Below are positions 13,091-23,392 of a DNA stretch of 64,000 nucleotides, piece after piece. The translations under genes were made by a program, and so were the position numbers. This DNA comes from Squalus acanthias. Taxonomy: Eukaryota. The notes under the pieces were generated by a model. It did no database searches. It was not told where the DNA came from and saw only the letters and a program-made list of their open reading frames with translations. The number at the start of each line of letters is the position of its first letter. The stretch's first letter is position 1. Location of the stretch: positions 167,650,001-167,714,000 of the forward strand of contig CM059425.1 of the NCBI GenBank assembly GCA_030390025.1, in the 5' to 3' direction.

Positions 13091-13610
13091 ACTCAAACAA
13101 ACCATAAGAATGACTCTTGAGTTTGATGTTAAGGTACGTTATTAGGTTTATAGAGAAATTCTGCTTTGCATTAAACCTGTGCTGTACTTGACCTGAGACT
13201 ATTTGATGTGATACTGAATGTAAAAAATTTGAAAATATTCTAATCCCTGATATTGACATCCCTCACTTTAATGACCATAAAATTCCCTCACACGCACCAA
13301 GTGAAAAGAATTCAATAAAATATGTTATGATTTATTACTATGGTCCAATGCCTGCATGTGATGTGATTATCAAACTTTCAATAGTCACTTAAAATCACAG
13401 AAACCTAAATCTTGGTTTGCAGAAATGGACTCAGATCAATGTTGGCAGTACTGATTTAAGGCAGAATGTCAGGTGCTTCATGCGCGTGAAGCAATAAGTG
13501 GCTTCTAAGCTGATTAAATGCCAAGGATGTAGGCAAAGGTGTTTAATCAAAGCACTGGAGCCAATTTTACAGCGGACAAATGAGAATTACAGAAATTAGT
13601 ACATTCTATG

Positions 13611-14301
13611 GGGGGGAAATTTGGTTGATTTGCGCCTCCCGTTAGCCCCCTCTTAGGGCGCTGACAGGGCACAAAGCAACTAGCACCCAGGCGCAGCGCC
13701 GCTAACGCCTCCCGCGAAATTCAGCGGGAGGTTCGCAGCGGCGGTAACCGGTAGCGCCATGCAGCGCTGCGCCTCTGGCGATGACGTCATCGCCGTGCAC
13801 AGCACTCCAGCCGCAATCTTCGGTAGCGCCCCCTGACTTACTGCCGGATGCTATGTCTGACAGGGTCAAGGGGGACTACCTGTGGCCGGGGTGGCGCAAA
13901 TTAAAGGGGAGGTGCTGGGCGGCCATTTTTGTTGCTGGCCGCCTGGCAGCACCTGTCCCCATTGCTGTCCCCGGCCTCCTGTGAAGCCCCCCCATGGGGT
14001 GCCGGCTGCGCTCTGTGGGCCCGGCACTCCTCTTGAGTGTCGCGCTCTTTTTCCGGCACTCCGATCCTTGGTGGCCCAGCTGGGCCCCGGGTTGCACTGC
14101 GCTAGGCACGTAGCGCCGCGATATTCACTCGCAGTGCCCCAAGAGGGAGGCGGAGCGGGGCGCTTCCAGTAGCGCCTCGCCTCCCTCTTGAGGCGCTACC
14201 AGTGAATTTCGGGCGCGGGGGGCACTAATTTTATCGCGCCGCTAAATATAGCGCCCCGGCGAAGTTAGCGCCCCAGAGGGGTGCGACCCAATTTTGCCCC
14301 C
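13611..14301. mobile_element. GC-rich Harbinger-type MITE (copy 1 of 5)
   Basis: TIR GGGGGGAAATT / AATTTTGCCCCC; TSD ATG; many TAGCGCC motifs; near reverse complement of 56048-56810. Confidence 0.9.
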
Positions 14302-14716
14302 ATGTGTTTTAAAAAAGGCAAGTCACAGCAAATTTGGGCAGAAATTATTTAAAACTAGCAAATGATCTTGTAAGAGCAATTTGTGCTGAGTTTTTCTAAA
14401 GATGACTTTTAGGAATTGGCCTAATTCAAAAAAGAAACTGTAAAGACCTCTTTTTATAAGCTTATTTTGACTAACAATTTGCTCTTTTGTTCGATAACCT
14501 TATACCCATCTTTGTTTTTAATATTTCCCCTTTTTCCTTTACAATAATTGGAATCATGTGCACATTGACAATCTTTCCCCTTTGTTAAGGACAGGAATCA
14601 GCTCATCCATGTAGTTTGTATTGCCATAGAGCACAGCAACTGAATTCTTATATTTTTTAGAGTGCATTGGTGTGAATGCTAACGTACTGAAAGGCATTGA
14701 TAATATAGATATAAAC

Positions 14717-14778
14717 TTTCTCTCTCCACGGATGCTGCCTGGCCTGCTGAGTTTTTCCAGCGTTTTCTGTTGTTATTT
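14717..14778 (+). mobile_element. 62-bp PLE family B terminal fragment inserted in an old CR1 remnant
   Basis: Matches 22457-22520; flanked by 11-bp TSD TAGATATAAAC (14706-14716, 14779-14789). Confidence 0.85.
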
Positions 14779-16472
14779 TAGATATAAACAGGCTGCTTGA
14801 CTTGGATCACATGCAAAGACTAAGAGAGAAATGAGCACAAAATTAACAAGCCTGAAGCAAGATTAGATACCAGAACAATTGTTTTTCCCATAGAGTAATA
14901 TGGAAGAGACTCTGAGCACAAATAATTAATGCTAGGTCATTAAAAAGATTGCTACATTATCTTGGGGTCTGAAGGAGAAATTTTGCAGTTTTATATTCTA
15001 GAAAGTTTTGCCTGTAATTAAGTGCCATCTGTGGTTATTATTCTGCTTTAGCAGATTAAAGTAATTGAGTAAAGTCCATTTTGGGGAAAACAAAAATGGA
15101 AATACACCCTTAACAGCAAAACGATGAAGTGGAAGAACAGAGAGATCTGAGGGCACAGATACACAAATCTTTAAAAGCTGGATTATTGGTGAACAAAAAC
15201 TAGAAAGAGGACAAATGGGATTCTGGATTTTATACATAGGGGCATTGCAAACCAAATAGGTGATGACAAATCTGTACAAAACATTTGTTAGTCAACAGTT
15301 GCAGTTTTGTGCAATTTTGGGTATTCCATTATAGAAGAGATATTAGAGGCATAAAAATGATGCAATGTAGATGCACTCGGATGATGGCAGGTGTGTAATA
15401 GCTATGATGATGAAAAACTGTGTCTATAATCGCATAATACTGGAGATTTTACAAGCCCTGTGGAAGGAACAAGCATGTTGAGCTAAATGGCACTATTCTT
15501 GTTCCAAATTTGTAATATGTTTTTACTTGTGTTTTACATCCGACTTGTTTTTTCCAATACCAACCGTCTCCTTAAAATTTTCTCCACACCCCCTCCACTT
15601 TCCCCTCCAACAAGCTGGATTTCTTTGTTTATAAGATTGAGACCATCTATTCAGCTGTTCCCTCCTCTTGCCTTTGCCCACCAAGCCTAACCTCCTCCCA
15701 AAGAGACCCCCTGCCGCAGCCCTGAATCCATGCCTTTCTCTCTTATGCCAGGTGGGCAGGGTTAAAATCAGGCCATCAATTTCTCTATCTAAACTTCTCT
15801 GCCTCTCCACCTGGAAGCGCCTCCTAATATCTCCTTCATTGGCTCGGCATCCATTCTTGTCTGATTACCCATCCGTGAAGCGCCTTGGGATGTTTTTCTA
15901 CGTTAAAAACGCTATATAAATGCAAGTTCATATTGTTGCTTAGTCTGTTCAATTCAGTGGCATACTATTTATCCAGGAGTTTTTGCTTTGATTTTACAAC
16001 AGTGCATTGAAGCTCCAGACAGCAACAAGTGAGACACAACACACATTCAAAAAAAAGCTATGTATAAAAAATGAAAATCATTAGATGCGACATCAATACT
16101 GTATAGAGGAATGCAGTATTGTGCACTGCTGTGGTCATTACAGGAAATATGCTTTTAAAATTATAAAATGATGAAATCAGGCTTTGGCACTTCCACTGCA
16201 TCACAAATGAGATGAGCCACAGGAAATGAAAAGGGGCAAAATACCAAAAACAATTTGCCTTGTGGCAAAATGTATTTGCATCATAAAATGCCACAGGAAA
16301 TTTAACTGTGCTTTGCTTATACATTGCCCAAATGGCTGAGGTAAAGTTTGATTTCTCTGCCACACAGACCAGTAAGCTCCGAGGTTCAATCGCTGATCTG
16401 TGCTGACTTAGCTGATCCCAAAAGTGAGAAGTCGCACAACACCAGGTTATAGTCCAACAGTTTTATTTGAAA

Positions 16473-16510
16473 TCACAAGCTTTCGGAGCTGCTGCCCCTT
16501 CATCAGGTGA
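16473..16510 (-). ncRNA. Minimal hammerhead ribozyme motif (PLE A, inverted arm)
   Basis: UCAC-CUGAUGA-A-GGGGC(AGCA)GCUCC-GAAA-GC-UU-GUGA. Confidence 0.85.
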
Positions 16511-16828
16511 AGTGAAGGAATACGAATCGGCAAAGCATATATAGACAGAGAACAATGCATGTGTAGCGTACAATGTCAGACGACTACATTTAATCCTTCT
16601 GACTGCCTTTCGTCACACCTCGGCAGAGAAAGAATCAGGTCAGCCAGGAAGGCACCACATCAAAGACATAGCAAGATACAACTGAGACAATGAGGTGGGG
16701 TCACAGGGGGTCTAATGTGTCAAATGCTGCAGTCTGTATGGAAAACCATAAACTTTAAAATTTTAACTTTTTTTTTACTGGAAATCACATCTGTGAACAA
16801 GCCAACGACGACTCGAGTCTGGATGACT

Positions 16829-18352
16829 CTACATCATGTAGCGTGACATGAACCCAAGATCCCGGTTGAGGCCATCCTCATGAGTGCGGAACTTGGCTAT
16901 CAGTTTCTGCTCGATGATTTTGCGTTGTCGTGTGTCTCGAAGGCCGCCTTGGAGAACGCTTATCCGCAGATCCGAGGCTGAATGTCCTTGACTGCTGACG
17001 TGTTCCCCGACTGGGAGGTAACAATCCTGCCTGGCGATTGTTGCGCGGTGTCCGTTCATATGTTGTCTCAGTGTCTGCATGGTCTCGCCAATGTTCCATG
17101 CTCTGGTGCATCCTTTCCTGCAACGTATGAGGTAGACAACGTTGGCCGAGTCACATGAGTATGTACCATGTACCTGGTGGGTAGTGTCCTCACGTGTGAT
17201 GATGGTATCTGTGTTGATGATCTGGCATGTCTTGCAGAGGTTGCCGTGGCAGGGTTGTGTGGTGTCGTGGTCGCTGTTATCCTGAAAGCTGGGTAATTTG
17301 CTGCGAACGATGGTACTTTTGAGGTTAGGCGGCTGTTTGAAGGCGAGTAGTGGAGGCGTGGGGATGGCCTTAGCGAGGTGTTCGTCATCATCGATGACAT
17401 GTTGAAGGCTGCGAAGAACATGGCGTAGTTTCTCCGCTCCGGGGAAGTACTGGACGACGTAGGGTACTCTGTTGGTTATGTCCCGTGTTCGCCTTCTGAG
17501 GAGGTCTATGCGATTTTTCGCTGTGGCCCGTCGGAACTGTCGATCGATGAGTCGAGCGTCATATCCCGTTCTTACGAGGGCGTCTTTCAGCGTCCGTAGG
17601 TGTCCATCGCGTTCCTCCTCGTCTGAGCAGATCCTGTGTATTCGCAGGGCTTGTCCATAGGGGATGGCTTCTTTAACGTGGTTAGGGTGGAAGCTGGAGA
17701 AGTGGAGCATCGTGAGGTTGTCCGTGGGCTTGCGGTAGAGTGAAGTGCTGAGGTGTCCGTCTTTGATGGAGATTCTTGTGTCCAGGAATGAAACCGATTC
17801 TGAGGAGTAGTCCATGGTGAGTTTGATGGTGGGATGGAACTTGTTGATGTTATCGTGTAGTCTTTTCAGTGATCCTTCGCCGTGGGTCCAAAGGAAGAAA
17901 ATGTCGATGTATCTGATGTACAGCGTTGGCTGGAGGTCCTGTGCAGCGAAGAAGTCTTGCTCGAACTTGTGCATAAAGATGTTGGCGTATTGGGGTGCGA
18001 ATTTGGTCCCCATGGCTGTTCCGTGTGTTTGGGTAAAAAAATGGTTGTCGAAGGGGATACTGGTGTAGAGTGCTGATACGTCCATCGTGGCGAGGAGTGT
18101 TCCTGGTTCAACTGGTCCGTGGGTGCTGAGTTTCTGTAAGAAGTCTGTGGTGTCACGGCAGAAGCTGGGGGTTCCCTGTACGATGGGTTTCAGGATGCCC
18201 TCGACGTATCCAGAGAGCTTCTCACACAGGGTTCCGTTGCCTGATACGATAGGACATCTGGGTGTGTTGGCTTTGTGTATCTTTGGGAGGCAGTAGACGT
18301 CTCCCACGCGGGGACTACGTGGGATGAGAGCGCGTAGGATGCTTTGAAGGTT
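16829..18352 (-). pseudogene. PLE RT-GIY-YIG ORF, inverted arm (5'-truncated, internal deletion, YIDD reduced to YID)
   Basis: LPKIHK, MDVSALYTSIP, GTAMG and FLD RT motifs; CxxxxCxxC linker; VVYLIRC..WNIGET endonuclease. Confidence 0.9.
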
Positions 18353-19682
18353 TGACGGCATCGCTGCGACAGCCTCAGTACTCAACACCAACAACAGCCA
18401 ATCTCCAGACGCCATCCTACAACTCATCCGCTTCATCCTTGACTACAATGTCTTCACCTTCGACAACCATTTTTTTACCCAAACACACGGAACAGCCATG
18501 GGGACCAAATTCGCACCCCAATACGTCAACATCTTTATGCACAAGTTCGAGCAAGACTTCTTCGCTGCACAGGACCTCCAGCCAACGCTGTACATCAGAT
18601 ACATCGACATTTTCTTCCTTTGGACCCACGGCGAAGGATCACTGAAAAGACTACACGATAACATCAACAAGTTCCATCCCACCATCAAACTCATCATGGA
18701 CTACTCCTCAGAATCGGTTTCATTCCTGGACACACGAATCTCCATCAAAGACGGACACCTCAGCACTTCACTCTACCGCAAGCCCACGGACAACCTCACG
18801 ATGCTCCACTTCTCCAGCTTCCACCCTAACCACGTTAAAGAAGCCATCCCCTATGGACAAGCCCTGCGAATACACAGGATCTGCTCAGATGAGGAGGAAC
18901 GTGATGGACACCTACGGACGCTGAAAGACGCCCTCGTAAGAACGGGATATGACACTCGACTCATCGATCGACAGTTCCGACGGGCCACAGCGAAAAATCG
19001 CATAGACCTCCTCAGAAGGCGAACACGGGACACAACCAACAGGGTACCCTACGTCGTCCAGTACTTCCCCGGAGCGGAGAAACTACGCCATGTTCTTCGC
19101 AGCCTTCAACATGTCATCGATGATGACGAACACCTCGCTAAGGCCATCCCCACGCCTCCACTACTCGCCATCAAACAGCCGCCTAACCTCAAAAGTACCA
19201 TCGTTCGCAGCAAATTACCCAGCTTTCAGGATAACAGCGACCACGACACCACACAACCCTGCCACGGCAACCTCTGCAAGACATGCCAGATCATCAACAC
19301 AGATACCATCATCACACGTGAGGACACTACCCACCAGGTACATGGTACATACTCATGTGACTCGGCCAACGTTGTCTACCTCATACGTTGCAGGAAAGGA
19401 TGCACCAGAGCATGGTACATCGGCGAGACCATGCAGACACTGAGACAACGTATGAACGGACACCACGCAACAATCGCCAGGCAGGATTGTTACCTCCCAG
19501 TCGGGGAACACTTCAGCAGTCAAGGACATTCAGCCTCGGATCTGCGGGTAAGCGTTCTCCAAGGCGGCCTTCGAGACACACGACAACGCAAAATCATCGA
19601 GCAGAAACTGATAGCCAAGTTCCGCACTCATGAGGATGGCCTCAACCGGGATCTTGGGTTCATGTCACGTTACATGATGTAG
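18353..19682 (+). pseudogene. PLE RT-GIY-YIG ORF, direct arm (5'-truncated, YIDD reduced to YID)
   Basis: Reads DGIAATASVL...GTAMGTKFAP...RYIDIFF...PCHGNLCKTC...VVYLIRCRKGC..WYIGET...GLN; the ORF track starts at internal Met 18498. Confidence 0.92.
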
Positions 19683-19999
19683 AGTCATCCAGACTCGAGT
19701 CGTCGTTGGCTTGTTCACAGATGTGATTTCCAGTAAAAAAAAGTAAAAATTTTAAAGTTTATGGTTTTCCATACAGACTGCAGCATTTGACACATTAGAC
19801 CCCCTGTGACCCCACCTCATTGTCTCAGTTGTATCTTGCTATGTCTTTGATGTGGTGCCTTCCTGGCTGACCTGATTCTTTCTCTGCCGAGGTGTGACGA
19901 AAGGCAGTCAGAAGGATTAAATGTAGTCGTCTGACATTGTACGCTGCACATGCATTGTTCTCTGTCTATATATGCTTTGCTGATTCGTATTCCTTCACC

Positions 20000-20037
20000 T
20001 CACCTGACGAAGGGGCAGCAGCTCCGAAAGCTTGTGA
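20000..20037 (+). ncRNA. Minimal hammerhead ribozyme motif (PLE A, direct arm)
   Basis: UCAC-CUGACGA-A-GGGGC(AGCA)GCUCC-GAAA-GC-UU-GUGA. Confidence 0.85.
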
Positions 20038-20604
20038 TTTCAAATAAAACTGTTGGACTATAACCTGGTGTTGTGCGACTTCTCACTTTTGTCCACCCCA
20101 GTCCAACACCAGCATCTCCGCATCATTAGCTGATCCCAGCTGGGAAGTGTTAGGAATGCTACAATTGGCCTCTATAACTGTGAGTTAGAAAAGGGAAAAA
20201 ATGAGCCCAGGCTCCTGATCAGTTCACATCTGTTAATGTCAGGTGACAGGAGGATTGAGCTCACTATGATATTCTCCACAGTCACTGTCGACTCATACTT
20301 TGGGAAGGTACCAAAGGGCATTTGGGATTGTACCCTAGCGAGAAGGTCAATGCCTTCATGACTGAAAGGAAGGGCAGGAAATTGGAAAGAAAAATAAAAC
20401 ACAAGTTTTGTCTACAGCGGAATAATGGTAAACCATATCTTTTCAACCATTTTTGAGTTCCTGTGTTGTTTAAGACCTATGGTTAAATTATATGGTATCA
20501 CACATCATCTCCTAGTTTAATGACTAATTGATTCAAAGCATGCTTAGCTTGTGCCTAGCTAGTGAAATAAAACAGATAATTCAACCAATGCTTGCTATAC
20601 TGGC

Positions 20605-20754
20605 TGGGAATTTCCTCGGGGCAGCTCCTGCTCCGCCGTCGCAACTTAATCGGAAGTGTGGCGGAGACCCAGTTTGCGTGTGTAAATGGGGTTTACACTG
20701 CACTTCTGTCAAAGTTACAGCAGTAGAGCGGGAGCAGCCCTGAGGAAATTCCCA
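20605..20754. mobile_element. ~150-bp hairpin MITE
   Basis: TGGGAATTTCCTCGGGGCAGCTCCTGCTC pairs imperfectly with GAGCGGGAGCAGCCCTGAGGAAATTCCCA. Confidence 0.7.
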
Positions 20755-21725
20755 TTCTGTCAATCAGTGTATAGCATACAAACGCTGCCTCCAAACTTAA
20801 CACAAGGCTTCTTAGTAGCCCACCTAGCTGTACAACTGATTTGCATCATTTGATTAATAGAGTTACTGCAGCTATATGCGACTGGTGAAACAACAAAACT
20901 GCAGTGTAACTGAAGTACGTTCTAGTTTGGCGAAACTACTGTCGATGAGATTATAAAAGAAAGAATATATGGAGATGATCCTGTGCTTTTACAGAGCTTT
21001 TGTTTTAATATGATTTTTGAAACTGTTAACTGATAATAGCATTCCATTCCTCTTTAAACATGCTTAAATGTTGTTACGTTATGGGCCAATAATGCATTCT
21101 TTGGTGCTGTGCATTGGGTGCTGGCACCCGCATTATGGAGCACTGAGTCCTGAGGAATATTAAGCCCTGAGTCTACATGCAATAATGTGGTCCTAAAGGG
21201 CATGTGGCACTGAGACCCTCTACGCTTACTATGCATTAAGTTCATCAACATGAATGTTATTGCATATTAGGGGATTTCCTTATATTGTGCTTGGAGCATA
21301 TGAAGAGCACTCCAGATGCTCAGCACTTTATGGAGGAAATACTGCATGGGAAACCTCTTCCATTTGTAAACTCTTTTAGCTTTAACAGGAATGAATTGCT
21401 GCCAGTGTCTGTTGTGCATTGTTGCAGCTTTCTCCATGCTTCTTTGACATTTACCTGTGAATATGCTCAGCTGTTTTGCTAATTTGCAAGAAACAAGCAT
21501 GCAGACAGCTTATTAAAGTTGGATTCCATCTGCCTCTGCGCCTTGTAACATATTTTGAATTTTGAGCTAGTTCTCTTTAAAGGTGACCTTTAAGAGCTCC
21601 TGTTGCAGATATTCCAGCCCGACCCTTCAGTGCTCCCAATGCAGCATGTGTTATGCACCCGGTGTACTGTGCTGACATTTAAATGAGCTGGCCTCACATT
21701 TTAATGTCAACTCATTAGCCGTAGC

Positions 21726-21850
21726 TCATAAGAACATAAGAACATAAGAAATAGGAGCAGGAATAGGCCACTTGGCCCCTCGAGCCTGCTCCGCCATTCA
21801 ATAAGATCACGGCTGATCTTGGGCTCAAAGCCACTTCCCCGCCCGCTCCC
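21726..21850 (-). mobile_element. CR1 3' UTR fragment
   Basis: (CATAAGAA)n tail and GGCC..TTGGCCCCTCGAGCCTGCTCCGCCATTCA, as in other CR1 ends here. Confidence 0.8.
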
Positions 21851-22755
21851 GCTCAGTTGGTAGCACTCTTGCCTCTGAGTCAGAGGGCTGTGGGTTTCAG
21901 ATCCACTCCAGAGACTTGAGCAGAAAATCTAGGTTGCCATCATTGCAGTATTAAGGGAGCGCTGCACTGTTGGAGGTGTCGTCCTTCAGATGAGACGTTA
22001 AACCGAGGTCCCGTCTGCCCTCTTAGGTGGATGTAAAAGATTCCATGTCACTATTTTGAAGAAAAGTAGAGTTCGTCCCGGAACAATGAAACTCAATGGA
22101 AGCTCGAGGAACAGCACCTCATCTTTCGATTTGGCACTTTACAGCCTTCCGGACTCAACACTGAGTTCAACAATTTCAGATCATAACCACCGCTTCCATT
22201 TTTTCACACAGCAGTTGTTGGTAATGTTTCTGCTTTTGTCATTTTCAGCTAGTCTAGACCCATCTTTTGGTTTTTTTCTTGTCCCATTACCACTCCCTTT
22301 TGTCTTGCACTATCATCCCTTTTGTCATTTAATCACTCCTGCCTTCCACCCTATCACAGACCTTCCCTTTTGTTCTTTCCTCCCCTCCCCACTTGCTTAC
22401 ATCTCTAACTTTTTCCAGTTCTGATGAAAGATCATCGACCAGAAACGTTAACTCTGTTTCTCTCTCCACAGATGCTGCCTGACCTGCTGAGTATTTCCAG
22501 CATTTTCTGTTTTTATTTCAGAATTCTCCCCGGAGTTCTGACCAACATTTATCCCTCAGTCAACAACAGTAAAACAGATTATCTGGACATTGTTCATTGC
22601 TGTTTGTGGGACCTTGCTGTGCGCAAATTGGCTGCTGCGTTTCCTACATTACAACAGTGACTAAACCTGAAAAGTTCCTGAAAAGCTGTAAAACACTTTG
22701 TGGTGTCTTCAGGTCATGAAAGGTGCTATATAAATGCAAATCTTTCTTTCTTTTA
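21851..22755 (+). mobile_element. Deu-domain SINE (SacSINE1-like), interrupted by PLE B
   Basis: tRNA-like head GCTCAGTTGGTAGC; Deu-like body (GATGAGACGTTAAACCGAGG, ATTTATCCCTCA); L2-type GCTATATAAATGCAA(TCTT)n tail. Confidence 0.75.
22083..22519 (+). mobile_element. PLE family B 3' fragment with hammerhead motif at 22417-22453 (degenerate stem II)
   Basis: KLEEQHLIFRFGTLQPSGLNTEFNNFRS*; AGTT-CTGATGA...GAAACGTT-AACT; diverged TSD AGAGTTCGTCCCGGA / AGAATTCTCCCCGGA. Confidence 0.8.
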
Positions 22756-22851
22756 CAGCCGATCGGCAGAGTAATGCAAAAGTAAGAAAGGAGGAGCAGC
22801 CACGCCCCACTGCACCAGAACTATATTAGCAGCCTCGTATATTTATATAAG

Positions 22852-23059
22852 AAGTCGCACAACACCAGGTTATAGTCCAACAGCTTTATTTGAAATCACA
22901 AGCTTTCGGAGCGCTGCTCCTTCGTCAGGTGAAGTCTGACGAAGGAGCAGCGCTCCGAAAGCTTGTGATTTCAAATAAAGCTGTTGGACTATAACCTGGT
23001 GTTCTGCGACTTCTCACATTTGTCCACCCCAGTCCAACACCGGCATCTCCGCATCATGG
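22852..23059 (+). mobile_element. Non-coding palindromic PLE A mini-element
   Basis: 79-bp arms (22850-22928, 22936-23014), spacer GTGAAGT, tail to CATCATGG; TSD CTCGTATATTTATATAAG (22834-22851, 23060-23077). Confidence 0.95.
22896..22932 (-). ncRNA. Minimal hammerhead ribozyme motif (complete copy in mini-element)
   Basis: UCAC-CUGACGA-A-GGAGC(AGC)GCUCC-GAAA-GC-UU-GUGA; the plus-strand copy from 22936 lacks the stem I 5' strand. Confidence 0.85.
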
Positions 23060-23392
23060 CTCGTATATTTATATAAGTCCTAATTCAATATTCTGGAGAG
23101 CTTGAACTCTCCCAGCATGAAAAAGATTCTGATGGGTCATCTAGGAAATTGGGCTAATGAATTAATATCATCCGATTTTGTTTCTCATTGCAAATGTCAA
23201 CAGTTAAGCACATTTCAATTTCAATTATATATTGGTAAGAATATTTTGTTCAAAGTACCCTATAGCAATTTTGTTTTAAAGATTTAATTAAACAAACTTG
23301 CATTAACAATTATGTGTCTATCAAAAGCTGAAGGAGGTTTTATGAAAAGTATAGTTGGGGTAAATATAATCATCATATGGTACTTGATATAT

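Larger units (their letters stand above)
16421..20125 (+). mobile_element. Penelope-like element family A (Neptune-type), tail-out palindromic insertion
   Basis: Arms 16419-18054 and 18457-20091 are inverted copies; 34-nt tail 20092-20125; 13-bp TSD TTAGCTGATCCCA (16408-16420, 20126-20138). Confidence 0.95.

Noticed and set aside
16829..18436. 535-aa ORF as an intact PLE protein
   Set aside because: Its N-terminus is antisense read-through of the other arm; it has an internal deletion, lacks a catalytic Asp and has YIG changed to NIG.
16421..20125. Long palindromes as fold-back read or assembly artefacts
   Set aside because: The arms differ at multiple sites, each insertion has a TSD, the geometry recurs five times, and an empty site exists for the 29-kb copy.
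22852..23059. Mini-elements as DNA-transposon MITEs or pre-miRNA genes
   Set aside because: The asymmetric tail, variable 10-18-bp TSDs and identity to the PLE 3' end indicate a retroelement origin; there is no evidence of miRNA processing.
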